DNA of 64,000 nucleotides from Eledone cirrhosa (lineage: Eukaryota). Position 1 is the stretch's first letter. Each line of letters starts with the position of its first letter. Below, one piece after another: positions 50,941 through 64,000 of this stretch. The notes under the pieces are model-generated. The model was not told where the DNA came from. It saw only the letters and a list, made by a program, of their open reading frames with translations, and did no database searches. The position numbers and the translations under genes were made by a program. The DNA lies in assembly GCA_964016885.1 (NCBI GenBank), contig OZ024742.1:299212001-299276000 (forward strand), in the 5' to 3' direction.

Positions 50941-51500
50941 GTCGGACGCCATGCTTTCTAGCATAGTTACGTCCCTTTACAGTCTGAGTTCAAATCCCGC
51001 CGAGGTTAACTTTGCCTTTCATCCTTACGGGGTCGATAAAATAAAGTACCAGTAATGTACTGGGTTATTGCTGGCCTTGTGCCTAAAGTATAAACAATTA
51101 TTTGCGATGGGTGGGGAATTGGCAGTATCGGTAGAGGGTCGGACATGCTTTCCAGCATAGTTACGTCCCTTCACGATCTGAGTTCAAATCCCGCCTTTTA
51201 TCCTTACGGGGGTCGATAAAATAAAGTACCAGTAATGTACTGGGATAATTGCTGGCCTTGTGCCAAAAGTAGAAACAATTATTTGCGATGGGTTTGCAAT
51301 ATCGGTAGTGCGTCGGACACCAAGCTTTGCGGCATAGAGTTACTGCCCTTAACGTTCTGAATCCAAAGTCTATCAAGGTTAGCTTTCATCCTTAGGGGGT
51401 AGATAAAATAAGGCACCAGTAATACACTGAGGTCGATTTAATCGACTTTCCCCTCCGCTCCCAATTGCGGGCCTTGTGCCTAAATAAAAAACAATTATTT
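50941..51500 (+). mobile_element. Three head-to-tail SINE units
   Basis: Repeats of the 40691 unit starting at ~50941, ~51119 and ~51293. Confidence 0.85.
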
Positions 51501-52262
51501 GTGATAACTATTACGTAGAAATGTTTTCAATCCCTCGCTTCGAAGAATAACATTTCTTAAACATTATTTGAAATAATTAGTTTATGGTTTTGTTAAATAG
51601 GTTTTGTTATGAAATAATTAGTTTATGGTTTTGTTAAATAGGTTAAAAGGTATTACAAAAATTAAATTTACTTTGTATCTTATAGATAATCTAAAAAAAA
51701 CAATACCTAGCTTATTCAACAAGGCTCGTACAAATTATTTCTGAAGGCCTCGTAACCTACGCACACCTTTTTATTCCTGGAAGAATTTAAAAAATTCTAA
51801 TCAACTGATAAAATGTAATTCATTTGAGTTTCAATATTGCAATATATGTTAAATCATGATTAAAAACAATCGTCGAACTCTTTATCCAATTTGTGAATCT
51901 ATGTATCCTGCAAAAACATATTTTCGTAAACAAGAATGTTCTTAAGACCACATTCACCATAATTAGTATAAGGATAGTAATACGAAACATTATATGGAGT
52001 TGTTTTAATCATAAGCATAACTACAAGCATTGGCAATTGTTACACCCGAGGGATTAATTATTTTCCTAATAGAATATAGGCAATTTTTATATCTATAATT
52101 TAAAGGAGAAAATATAAAGTCCATCAAGATTTCTCATCTTTATCTTTAACTCACTTAGTTTGTGAATTACCTTCTTATAACGTTTTGAGTCATGTTATCT
52201 CGGATTTAATTCTAAATTTCTTGCTCCTTAACTTTCAATGATCTTTATAATATTATTATATA

Positions 52263-53230
52263 TTAGGGTGGCCCTTAGCAATAGGTGATTTTCCGAAAGT
52301 TAGCATTTCTGTTTTAATCAGCAAAAACACGGGGTGTACAACATTTCAGCCCAATCGAACAACTGCCCGGCGACCCTCAAACACCTTGAAGTTGGAACAT
52401 AGTATGCGCAACGATTAATTCTGTTCAAAAGCGGTATACCGTTATGAATCAAATTTACCAATAGTTAATTTGAAAAGTTCCTGACATAACATGAAAAACT
52501 TAAGAAATATTAAGTTTTCCTAATAAAGCACACAACTTCTATAAGAGAAACGCATTTTTATTTAGAAAAATAATTTCAATAGAATCAAAAACATAATGTG
52601 AACACTGAACCTTATTTTTGCATAAGGTAGGTGGATTGGCAATATCGGTAGAGGGTCGGACGCCATGCTTTGCCGCATGGAGTTACGGCCCTTGCCATTC
52701 AGAGTCCAAATCCCGCCGAGGTTAACTTTGCCTTTCATCCTTACGGGGTCAATAAAATAAAGTACCCGTAATACACTGGGTAATTGCTGGCCTTGTGCCA
52801 AAAGTAGAAACAATTATTTTTGCATAAGAGAGGATTTAGTGGCAGTTGGGTATGTTTTATGGTCTTCGGTAACGATCTGTAAAACAAATTGTTTCTCAGT
52901 TTCATCTTTTATGAGAATGTTATTGTAATCCTGAATGGGTTTGATACCTCTTTCTGTAACATCATTCACAACAACTGTCTTCTCAATTTTTTCAAGTCCA
53001 CTTTTGTAGCCAGGATCATCCTTCCATGTCGAAGGGTCTTTGTCGAGCAAATCGGTGCTGATAGAAAATCTCGTGAAGAAAGAGTTTGCACCAGGAGTTA
53101 CAAAGGACGAAAACACGATGTTTGTAAAGGAAGAAAAGTCATTTTGGTGCAGAATGTACCTCTTCAGTTGATTTTTTTCTTCTTCCTATTTACCTTTTCT
53201 TCTTCACCTTTATCTGCTTCCAGCATAACT
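52263..53230 (-). mobile_element. hAT-superfamily (hATm-like) DNA transposon 3' remnant, interrupted by a SINE at ~52630..52817
   Basis: ORF 52814..53116 (DPSTWKDDPGY...VVVNDVTERGIKPIQDYNNILIKDETEKQFVLQIV). Terminus-like TTAGGGTG at 52263. Confidence 0.6.
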
Positions 53231-53254
53231 TAAGCAATATTTACCTTAACCTCT

Positions 53255-53555
53255 CCTTGCTCTCTTGGATATCCTTTTATCCTTGCTCTCCTTGCTCTCC
53301 TTGCTCTCCTTGCTATCTTTTTCTCATTGTTCTCCTTGCCCTCCCTTTCTCCTTCCTCTCCTTACTCTACTTGCTCCTCTTGCTCTCCTTTTCTCATTGC
53401 TCTCCTTGCTCTCCTTTTCTCCTTGCTCCCCTTGCTCTCCTTTTCTCATTGCTCTCCTTTTATCTATGCTCTCCTTGCTCTCCTTTTCTCATTGCTCTTC
53501 TTTTTCTCCCTTTCTCCTTCTCCTTGCTCTCCTTTTATCCTCGCTCTCCTTGCTC
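53255..53555. repeat. Pyrimidine-rich minisatellite (CCTTGCTCT-type unit)
   Basis: Degenerate tandem CCTTGCTCT / CTCCTTTTCTCATTG units. Confidence 0.85.
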
Positions 53556-55563
53556 TATTTCATAGCATCTCCACGCATGAACGCATCACTCTTTATATTA
53601 ACTTTGTCCACCCAGCACTTAGTAAAAGTCCGAGAATTCGGTTATGTATACATGATTTATATATATATATTAATTGATTATATCGGCAGTTGAGATTTTG
53701 GGAACTACAACCGCTTCCGTAGCTGAAACAGGTATGCATTCTCGTATGGCGTTTTTATTGGAACACTGAAGATATGGGATCCGTGAACATTAACAACGCT
53801 CTTATGATTATAATTTCTGCATTTATTTCTTAGGGATTTAAAGGCACATCACTTCAAATAGATAAAAACGATTCAAAGTAACGTTATTTCATAACGTTAT
53901 ATACTGTTGCTTTAAAAGCAGAGTGAATTTGAAGTAACGTTACTTCAAAACCGGATATACAGTTTTCCAGGATTTCTAGACACGTTATTTCAAATAGATA
54001 AAAGTGATTTAAAGAAATGTTATTTCACTAGAGGTCATACGGTTATACATCGTTGCTTTGAAAAGAAAGTAATATGAGGAAACGCTATTTCAATACCGGA
54101 CATAATGGTCTCCAGGATATAATGTTACATTACCCTCAAAAATATTACAACCCCCATTTTTTATACACATTGCATAACCACAAAAGCACTGATTGACTAC
54201 CACAACAAATACCGTAACCTTCTCCGACTCAACGACACGATTCTATTCTCCATCCACATTAAAGATGCCGAACAGCGTCCTAATCCACAATAAATGCAAT
54301 ACACCCACGTTGCTGAATAATGCATCAGTCAACGACTACGCGCCCTGCCCACTATCCCAGCAGAGTATTACCTGCAACACATGTGCCACCATCAAGAGGC
54401 AGAAGAAAAATCGGAACTGTCCAGGATGCGGCAATTTTCATCTCCTATCTGTTGTCGGCCAGATATGAAATGCTTTGAAAGCACACAACTCGTAAAGATG
54501 TGGCATCTGCAGCCATCCATGACACCCCTAGATGAGACAGTGAGCTTATTTGATGCTCTATTCTCGGTGGTCAATATTACGTGGCTCAAGCTACTTCAGA
54601 AAGTCCCACTAACGGCCCTAAATCAGCATAATTTATCTAGGTGTAAAAGCCAAACTTGCTATCTTCAATTCGGCGTTGGTGTCTAACGTGCAGACTGAAC
54701 CTGGTCGATGTATATCCGACCCTCTTTCTGTTAAGAAATTGATTTACTCTCCCTTGCTAATTTCACGCATTCCTTCTCATGAACATCGACGCCTGTATCT
54801 AATGAGATGCTAAGGAGATATGCAACGTCCTATATGATGACACAGGGTGGCAAGAGACCGCCTTACCCGTCGGATAAGTAGCTTACTGGGGTGGTAAATC
54901 TAATCCATCGCTCAGTTTAGCATTCGCTCAAGACCGTCGGATGACTTTTGCGGAATCCCATTCATTTCAAGCAGTCAGAACAGTTTGAAAACGCGTTCTT
55001 CCCTCCCTCCAGCTAGTCTGGATGTTGAGTTGCATTATGGGCAGTGTAAACTGCACCATCACTAAATAGTAGGGGTAAAATGGTACTTAGAGAGGGGAGG
55101 GGTTAAAATTTCAGTAGATGTAGAGGGGGGTAGATTTCTATTCTTGTAGATATAATGAGGGGCTGGGAGGGATAAATATTGCTAAATTTATATCGGGGGA
55201 CTGGATGAGACATTGTCGTATAAGATATAGAGGGGAGAGTTTGTGATGGAGAGAGAAAACTATTACGAGAGAGAGTGGTAGAGATTGTGAGGGGAGAGTT
55301 TGGAGATGATTGATATAAAGAGGGTGATTGGGAGAATGATTTGTATGTTAGCTATAGAGAGGGGGAGACTTTGGTGGTTGAAGATATAGAGAGGGGAAGA
55401 GTTTGGGTTTAGTAGATAAAAGAGATGGATTCAAAGAGAGTTTTGTGTGATACACATAGAGAGGAGAATGTTTTGGTGGATCATCATACAGAACTGGTAA
55501 TCCTGTGAGTGTACAGGTGAAACTTTAGAGTAATAGACCCTACCAATAACCATAATAAACGAA

Positions 55564-55604
<41 letters not shown>

Positions 55605-56174
55605 AAAATTACACACACACACACACACAAACATATATATATATATGAAGACAGGTTAGAGCGGTATATTGAAATATAAGAAAGTATCTGCCACATAAAT
55701 CACCATATATTGTAGCAAAATTAGTTATTAACTCGAAAAGCAAAAAATAACTTTTATCTATAAAAAGCCATAGAGTAGTCAATATGAAAAGACAATCGAT
55801 TGATTATTATGAAGGAATGAGACTACACTTTTGAAAGGGCTCTAAAATTGTGATATATATATTTTACTGTCTACTTAGAATATAACAATATAGAAAACTG
55901 TAACCGAAATGTATAATGTTTTACGATATTTATTTCTGGCGTAATTAAATCAACGTTTTACTATTTTGAAGACATATTACAAATAAGACTGGAGCTCTGG
56001 AAATAGAAATCAATTACATAAATAAAAAGGAAAAGTATTTCTAGAAATCATATAAAATAGAAATTCAAACTTCAGTATAACAATATATATATATTCTGTT
56101 ATACTTTGGGAGGGTCATGCTGCCTATAAAAACTCACGCACACTCCAATGTATAACAATATCCTATATATATAT

Positions 56175-56474
<300 letters not shown>

Positions 56475-56589
56475 TAATAAATATGTAATAGTACGTCCTG
56501 TGATGTAAATGGTGGAGGTATGGTATGAGACGGTGTTTTCCTACTCTTCAGTTTCTAGGAAAGGAGCATTACTTAACTTGTCAGAAGGG

Positions 56590-56950
56590 GATCTCCGACA
56601 TGCACTGGATAGGTTTCGGCCGAGTGCTGCACGGCGGGATTGAAAATCACTGCTGCAAAGACTGAGAAGCTCCTAAATGAGAGTGGAGGTCCCCTGAAGC
56701 AGGTGGAAAAGGTCAGGTATCATTGAAACGTGTTCACGAGTGATAGAAAGCTGAATTATGGGCAAGAATTGCAGGGCCTGGTTTAGTAGTGCGTGAGCTT
56801 TAACATTCGTTCATCAGAAGAAGGCGTAGGTGTAACAGTTAAATTCGCTACCTTCAATTCGGTATTCGTGCCAAAACTTACTTATGGTCTGGAATCTTGG
56901 GTAATGACTTAAACAATACGATGGCGAATGCAAGTCGCCGTAATGGGGTT
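56590..56950 (+). pseudogene. RTE-clade LINE fragment
   Basis: LDRFRPSAARRD*KS, PLKQVEKVRY and LTYGLESWVMT; related to the 49770 copy. Confidence 0.65.
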
Positions 56951-57307
56951 CCTCCAATGTGGCTACGGAGCAAGGTTCCTCAACAGAGTACGTTGCTCAT
57001 AGATCGAAATGACGGGAAGAAAGAAGCAAAGAAAGAAAATGAACGGACAAGACCACACAAACACCATTTCACCCCATCATCTCTCAAACCCGTTGTTCTG
57101 TCGTATGATTTAACTTGAGAGGACTACAAAAAATTGCCGGCTCGTGCAACAGAAAATAAATATTTCTGCTGGTGTGATGTATCTGTGATGAAACGAACAA
57201 ATTAGATAGACTGATGGATAGATCGGAGAGAGAAGTAAAATAATCGCGGTTCAATTCGATCTTCGAGACAGCTTTGTTTATATATATGTATGTATGTATG
57301 TATATAT

Positions 57308-57917
57308 GTCAGGTCACCAGTTGGTGCTACTGGTAACATGTATCACGGTACAACCTGTCTCATGGTCGGGTCGTACACGACTAAACTGGCCACCCCACCA
57401 AGGTTTCTTGGTGAGGAGGGTGCCTTTGGACATCCTGCAGGACTAAAAACAAAACCTCTCAAAGGGCAAAGGAGCTTGTAAGAGTCAATGGCCATCCAAA
57501 ATCACCGGGAGAGATGACCCCTTAGCCTTTGTCAAGGCAGAATTCTAGGAGAAGGAAAACTCTGATATAACACCTGCAACCCTGATGGTATCCAATGATG
57601 ATGACTTGTTCTTCTTTTTGGTAAATATCATCTAGGTTAAGAGAGTGGGACTGGGCTTGTGCAGTGCCTTTGCTCACTATAAAAGCTTCACGGCACAAGC
57701 ATTGCTTTATATCTGGAGATCTCTCTGCACTTGTCGTCACTTGGTACCATGGGCCCAGCACTATGTGTCAATAATTGTCACAAGTGAAGTGTTTGTACCA
57801 GAGTCTTCAAGTCGCTGGCTGTACTGAAAAGTCACACTCGTTCAGCGCATCGGTAAGGGTTCTCCTACATGGATATAAAGTAGTGTCCGTACTCGAAAAA
57901 GAGTTGGCAGCCACCAT
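57308..57917 (+). mobile_element. ~610-bp non-coding LINE-derived element (full copy)
   Basis: Reverse complement of 29131..29740; flanked by (TATG)n and (TA)n. Confidence 0.8.
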
Positions 57918-57930
57918 ATATATATATATA

Positions 57931-60437
57931 CCAAAGATTAATATGGTTCGTTGATTACTCAATGAATATAGTTTTACAATAGATAAAAAGCACTCTACAA
58001 AGAAGTTTTCTGGAGTTATTAATATTATTCAGAATATTAATAAATGAAGACATTTACATAATCAAAATATGTTTTATATATATTTCTAAGGTACTGTGCT
58101 TTTTTTTCAGTACGTCCTCGGGTGAATTTTAAAGACCATAAAAGAAATTTCGAAGACCTGTTAGACTTATTGCACCTTCGAAATCTGACCTTGGAATAAT
58201 TAGTAAACACATAATAGATAGTATTTTGCCAATGTTAAAATTGAGGTCAAGGCTTAACTTATGGAAGGGCACTAGTGAAGTCATAGATTGGTTCAATAAT
58301 ATCAAAATTAAGAAAAATCATAAATTCATTCAAATGGACATAGCGAGTTATTATTCCTCAATAACTCCTAACCTACTAAATAAGGCGCTTTCATATGCAT
58401 ATCGGATCTATCTAGCGACGAGATTATTATCATTTTAACGGCAAGGGGAACCTTGATCGATTTTAATAATGATTTTTGGACTAGATCTGATAGGCAGAAT
58501 AATTTTGACATTACTATGGGCTCGTCTGATTCGGCGCAAGTTACCGATCTTGTGGGAATTTTCATCCTTAATATGATAAATAGAAACCTGCCGGAGATTA
58601 CCGGTGGTTTATATAGAGACGACATATTATTTACTTAGTTAGGCATATAATAGCGAATTAAATAGAGAGAAGAAAGGAATTATAAAATTCTCTAAAAATT
58701 ATGACCTGAAATTAGCAGTAGAAAATAACAATAAAATAGTTAATTTTTTAGATGTAACTCTTAATTTAAACTCAGGCTTGTATTACCCCTTCCATAAACT
58801 CAATGAAAACTTAAATTATGTTAGCTTTTACTCTAATCATCCTAAAAGTGTTAAAAATGCAATAGTCAATAGTGTCCAACAACGAATTACCAGACTATCT
58901 GCCAATAGAACCATATTTAATAATATGGTTGTATATTACAATGAAGCGTTACATAAAGCAGGATATAAAAATAATATTGAATATGTAGAAAAAAATAATA
59001 TTAATTATAAACACAGTATTCATAATAATAATAATAATACATTAGTTAATGTGAATAACAATAACAATAGTTTAAATATGAATAATAGTAGAACACCTAG
59101 AAATAATAGTGTTAATACGAATAGTTTAGGTTATAGAAATAACATTGAATTGAATTGTAACTGTAGAAGGAAATCTGAATGCCCTTTACAAAATAATTGC
59201 CTTGACAAGAATCTAGTGTATAAATGTACCATTAAGACAAATAATAATAATACTTATAACTACATTGATGCCACTTCATCAAACTTTAAGTTTCGCTTTT
59301 CCAATCATAAACATTCGTTTTCTAATCCAGATAAACAATTTTCCACATCACTATCACAATTAATATGGTCTTTGAAAGAGAAAAATATTAAATACTCAAT
59401 TTCTTGGAGTAAATTAAAGAATTCTGATTCCTACCGTAACTCTTCCATTTAACCAGATTGCAATCTTTGCAATTTAGAGACTCTATTAATAATTACAAAT
59501 TATGGTAATTTAATTAATAAGAAGAAAGAATTATTTGGAAGTTGTCTACATAAGTCTGGAAGAACCTTTCAAGCATTATATAAATTTCGAAAAAAATATT
59601 GACTATTAATAATTCTTGAAATATTATTATATACATAACGTTTTGCCTTACCTTAAACATTGTATATCGTTTGTTTTTTTATATAGTAAATTAATCTCAT
59701 GATGAGTCTCGGTATCCTAGGTTTAGATTTAGAAAGGTCATTGTTTAACTAGAAATTTCTGAATTTGTGGTTTGAAATATCTTTTGGCTTTCAAAATACT
59801 TAAATATCTTAATGGACGAGTTATCTTCCTTTGTTTACATTCTTCGTAAATAATTTTGTTCTGTCCAAATTGCTTGCTAATGTATATTTAACATGATTTA
59901 TACAGTTTAATAATATATGAAAAATCCTTAAAGGGAAACTATATATAATAAGATGTAGTTACGGAAGTAAAATCGAAATAATAATTCTTTTAAGTGTAAA
60001 TATAACTACTAATTAATCCTGTAATGAAAAGACAACCATTGAATTGAAATGATTTTATAATGAAAATAGAATAATTCAGATAATAATTCTTACTGCTTGT
60101 GATATATGCATGGGTTTTAATAAATATCCTTATACATATTTAATAGGTATTTAAACATGCTTTAAAGATAAAATTGTTTTTGAATATTGTAACAAAATAT
60201 TTAGTAAATTAAACTATCGTTCTGGTTGCTATAGAAAATATTTTATATTGTTTAATTTTGATATATTATATTAGTATAATTAGCTTAAACATAACCAAAT
60301 ACAAAAGATATTAAAAATGTTATGGTATTTAATTTGTCGCCTATATTTGACTTAATATTTGAAAGCAACGGTCACACATCATTTCTCTTTCTTTCTTTTT
60401 TGCCGTTATTTCATCTTCTTCTTCTTCTTCTCTCTAT

Positions 60438-60514
<77 letters not shown>

Positions 60515-60829
60515 TTTTTCTTCCCTAATACGTCTATTTAGGCATTTAAATATTTATGTATGTATTTATTTATTTATTTTCTTCTTGCATTTCCTCATAC
60601 TCACCCACTTCTTATACCCATATCTCGCTGCACATCCTCTTCTTCATTAAATTTAAGTTTATCATGTTATTATTTGTGGTATACAAATGTTGAGATTTGT
60701 TGTAATAAATCACTGCCAATACTGGAATTGAACTATCAGGACCGTTGAGGTATGTCATACATCAATTCATGTATTTTATCTGACGAGGACGTACTGAAAA
60801 AACAGCACAGTACCTTCGAAATATATATA
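57931..60829 (+). mobile_element. Penelope-like element 2 (same group as PLE1), 5'-truncated, with an inverted terminal segment at 57931..58120
   Basis: ORF pieces 58121..59602 (FKDHKRNFE, FDITMGSSDSAQVTDLVG, GLYRDD, CNCRRKSECPLQNNCL, YNYIDATSSNFKFRFSNH). HHR at 60771..60829; an inverted half-HHR ends at 58120. Confidence 0.88.
60771..60829 (+). ncRNA. Type I hammerhead of PLE2, lacking the 3' strand of stem I
   Basis: GTATTTTAT-CTGACGA-GGACGTACTG...CAGTACCTTC-GAAA-TATATA-TA; homologous to 11162..11220. Confidence 0.7.
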
Positions 60830-61400
60830 ACTAGCAGTGCTACCCGGCGTTGCGGGCCGCCAACAGACCTAATCGTGGAAAAACTGCATGCCTCGACAAT
60901 ATGTAAAGAAAATAAACAGAATACTCTGATGGCTGGATAATCTTTAAGATTTTCCTCGATGAAGCAGGAAAAATGCTGGTTTTCACCTAATGCGGGCCCT
61001 AGTGATCAAGAAAATGAATTTTCTTATGTGCATAATATGCCTTTAAATTTCGGGAAAAAACGGCTAGACGCAACGCCCCCAAAAAGACCTAAGAAGCTGA
61101 AAAATTGAGGTTTTTCACCTAATGCAGGCCCTAGGCCATAAGAAAGTCGGATTTTCTTTGCTTACGGTATGAAGAAGAGACTGACTAATACATAGTTACA
61201 ATTTCAAGGAAATCGGTCTGACGTAACGCCTCAAAAAACCCATAAAATCTTTAAAAACGCAGTGTTTCACCTAATGCGGGCCCTAGGAGATAAGAAAAAG
61301 TTGAATTTCTTTATGTGCATAAAACTCCCTGAAACATAAGTAATACACATGTAAAGTTTGAAAAAAATCGGTTGGGTATTTCTCGAGTTTTAGGGATTCA

Positions 61401-61465
<65 letters not shown>

Positions 61466-61520
61466 CCTCAGGGAAGTGATGTAATGCAGACAGCTAGACA
61501 TACAGACAGTTATTATAAGG
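60830..61520 (+). mobile_element. Non-autonomous Helitron-like element with an internal ~140-bp minisatellite
   Basis: Starts ACTAG...TACCCGGCGTTGC. TTTCACCTAATGC.GGCCCTAG occurs three times (~60982, 61113, 61266). Ends with (CA)n and (CAGA) repeats. Confidence 0.55.
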
Positions 61521-61760
61521 GTGCGACGTTATATGTATGTATTTATCTAAAAAGAGAAAAACTAAGAATTATAGAGCAACATCGCTAAATCGCCTAATGC
61601 GATCTATAGAGCATTGAAAATTTAAATTTTCTTGCTCGGGATCTTAACGGGATCTTCTAAATATTTGCTCTACGGTTCTTATATATTTGATATATGTTTA
61701 TCCTTATCGAGCCCTCTTTGGATTTTAGTCTTCAAATTCATTATTATTACTATATATATA

Positions 61761-62569
61761 TATGATACATTTTATTACTAATTATATCTAAATGTTTCTT
61801 CTCTCTTCATAATGTATTTTTAACTCTGATACTGGTTCAGTCTGGTTCAACCGGATTGGTCTGTCCCAGTCATTCAATGAGCAACATCGGTGAGGTTGGC
61901 ACCCTTAACTCACGGTTGGGTGTGGATGCATTCATGTATATGTGTGTGTCCGCATGTATCTGTGTGTTTCTAAATTTATTGTTAATAACTCCCTCTGGTT
62001 GAGTAATCTTTGAAGTGTGGTGACTGCTGGAAAGCTGCCATTACTCATACTTCTCGCCTCCTTCACCACCTCTTCTACGGCTTCGATATAAATACCCCCT
62101 CCGCCTCCGTGGTATTTTCTTCGGGGTTTTAAGAGGCTTAGCTCTGTTTCTCGACTGTTATATCGCGTGACTATCTCCCCCTCCGCGTTTTGGGATTCTT
62201 TCTCACGTCGTGTAGACGCGTTCTTGAAGCTAGTAAAATGAGGTATCCTCTTGATAAGTCGGCAGACCTCGCAAGGACTCTATATCTTTATGATGTATTG
62301 TTTTTGTTTATGCCACGAAACTACGTAGTCGAGGAATCTAGGAGCAGTTTAGGTATGATACATTTTATTACTAATTATATCTAAATGTTTCTTCTCTCTT
62401 CATAATGTATTTTTAACTCTGATACTGGTTCAGTCTGGTTCAACCGGATTGGTCTGTCCCAGTCATTCATTGAGCAACATCGGTGAGGTTGGCACCCTTA
62501 ACTCACGGTTGGGTGTGGATGCATTCATGTATACGTGTGTGTCCGCATGTATCTGTGTGTTTCTACATT

Positions 62570-62573
<4 letters not shown>
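61761..62573 (+). mobile_element. ORF-less hammerhead-containing element: 593-nt monomer plus 220-nt terminal redundancy (retrozyme-like, family D)
   Basis: 61761..61980 is repeated at 62354..62573. HHR at 62246..62335; (TA)n on both flanks. Confidence 0.8.
62246..62335 (+). ncRNA. Type I hammerhead, U3-A8 variant with a long loop II
   Basis: TCCTC-TTGATAA-GTcGGCA...TGCCAC-GAAA-CTACGTAG-TC-GAGGA. Stem I is a perfect 5 bp, stem III is the palindrome ACUACGUAGU, and the triplet is GUC. Confidence 0.8.
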
Positions 62574-62629
<56 letters not shown>

Positions 62630-62719
62630 GTATATATACATATTTATATATATATATATCTTGACCTGGTGATAGCTGGTATATTTCCATAGAGATCCTT
62701 ATTTGTTGGGTGTTCCCTC

Positions 62720-63138
<419 letters not shown>

Positions 63139-63514
63139 TGTATAAAAATGGATATTTATATTTAGAAATTTCGTGGTTGAGAAACTTACACCAGAATAAG
63201 AAGCTCGTATGGGCATTATGTATTAAATGGGTTTATAGAATTAATCTTCTTATTGCTATTTTTGCTTCCATAGTTCTCTATTTGATGAAGCCTGTCTGCT
63301 TATCGGTTTTTTTCTGGGAGTTTAATTTTCACATACCTATGTTTTGAATTAACATAAACCTCCTTATTCTTTCAGACAAGTAACTATACCACTATATGAA
63401 GGCCTGTTTGTTTGGTGCAGTAAAATCTGCATGTATGTTGCTAAATAAAGACCTTGATATTTACCAAACCAAATACCAACAGAGGAAAACGAAACTGTAT
63501 AAAGGGAATATTAA

Positions 63515-63790
63515 TAATTGTTTCTACTTTTGGCACAAGGCCACCAACCCTCTACCGATACTGCCAATCCACAATAATAATGGTTTCTTATATAGGCACA
63601 AGGCCAGCAATTTTGAAGGAGGGGAATGTCGATTAAATCGATCCCAGTGCGCTACTGGTGCATTATTTTATCGACCCCGTAAGGATGAAATGCAAAGTTA
63701 ACCTCAGCGGGATTTGAACACAGAACGTAAAGGACCGTAACTCTATGCCGCAAAGCATGTCGTCCTACCCTCTACTGATACTGCCAATCC
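63515..63790 (-). mobile_element. SINE units (same family as 40691) on the minus strand
   Basis: TTTTATCGACCCCGTAAGGATGAAA...GGATTTGAAC...ATACTGCCAA. Confidence 0.8.
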
Positions 63791-64000
63791 AATAATAATA
63801 ATAAAAATAATAATAATAATAACAACGAAAACAACAACAACAACAACAACAACAACAATAATAATTTAATTCTATTAATCTCTCTCGGGTTATGAATATC
63901 TTCTTACTAATTCTTGTGTCATGCTTACTCTCCATTTTCCCTTCAGTTTTTAGGTTTAGAGAAGAATCGATTTCTTTTTCTATCCGCTGCTAAGGATCTA

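Noticed and set aside
57308-57400. HDV-like or twister ribozyme at the 5' end of the 610-bp element
   Set aside because: Candidate P1/P2/P3 pairings could not be arranged in the required nested order; kept only as an open question.
60982-61290. Three regularly spaced 22-nt repeats resembling a CRISPR array
   Set aside because: Eukaryotic context, the ~110-130-nt spacers are similar to each other, and there are no cas genes; it is a minisatellite.

Overview
AT-rich, microsatellite-saturated eukaryotic DNA. The SINE family and repeat landscape suggest a cephalopod (Octopus-like) genome, which is an inference. No host protein-coding gene could be supported; nearly all ORFs in the track are microsatellite read-throughs or transposon remnants. 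The window holds four Penelope-like elements (PLEs) with RT and/or GIY-YIG remnants, a near full-length Tx1/L1-type LINE, and CR1-group, RTE and R4/Dong fragments. It also holds hAT and Helitron-like DNA elements and tandem tRNA-derived SINEs. Reading both strands by eye gave about 11 complete or near-complete type I hammerhead ribozyme (HHR) motifs. Some lie in PLE termini. Others lie in small ORF-less elements embedded in (TA)n tracts: one family occurs as two circular permutations of a ~444-nt monomer, another as 1.37 copies of a 593-nt monomer. This architecture fits retrozyme-like, possibly circular-RNA, parasites mobilised by the resident PLEs. Three motifs carry the compensatory U3-A8 core. 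All folds and alignments were done by eye and need computational and biochemical confirmation.
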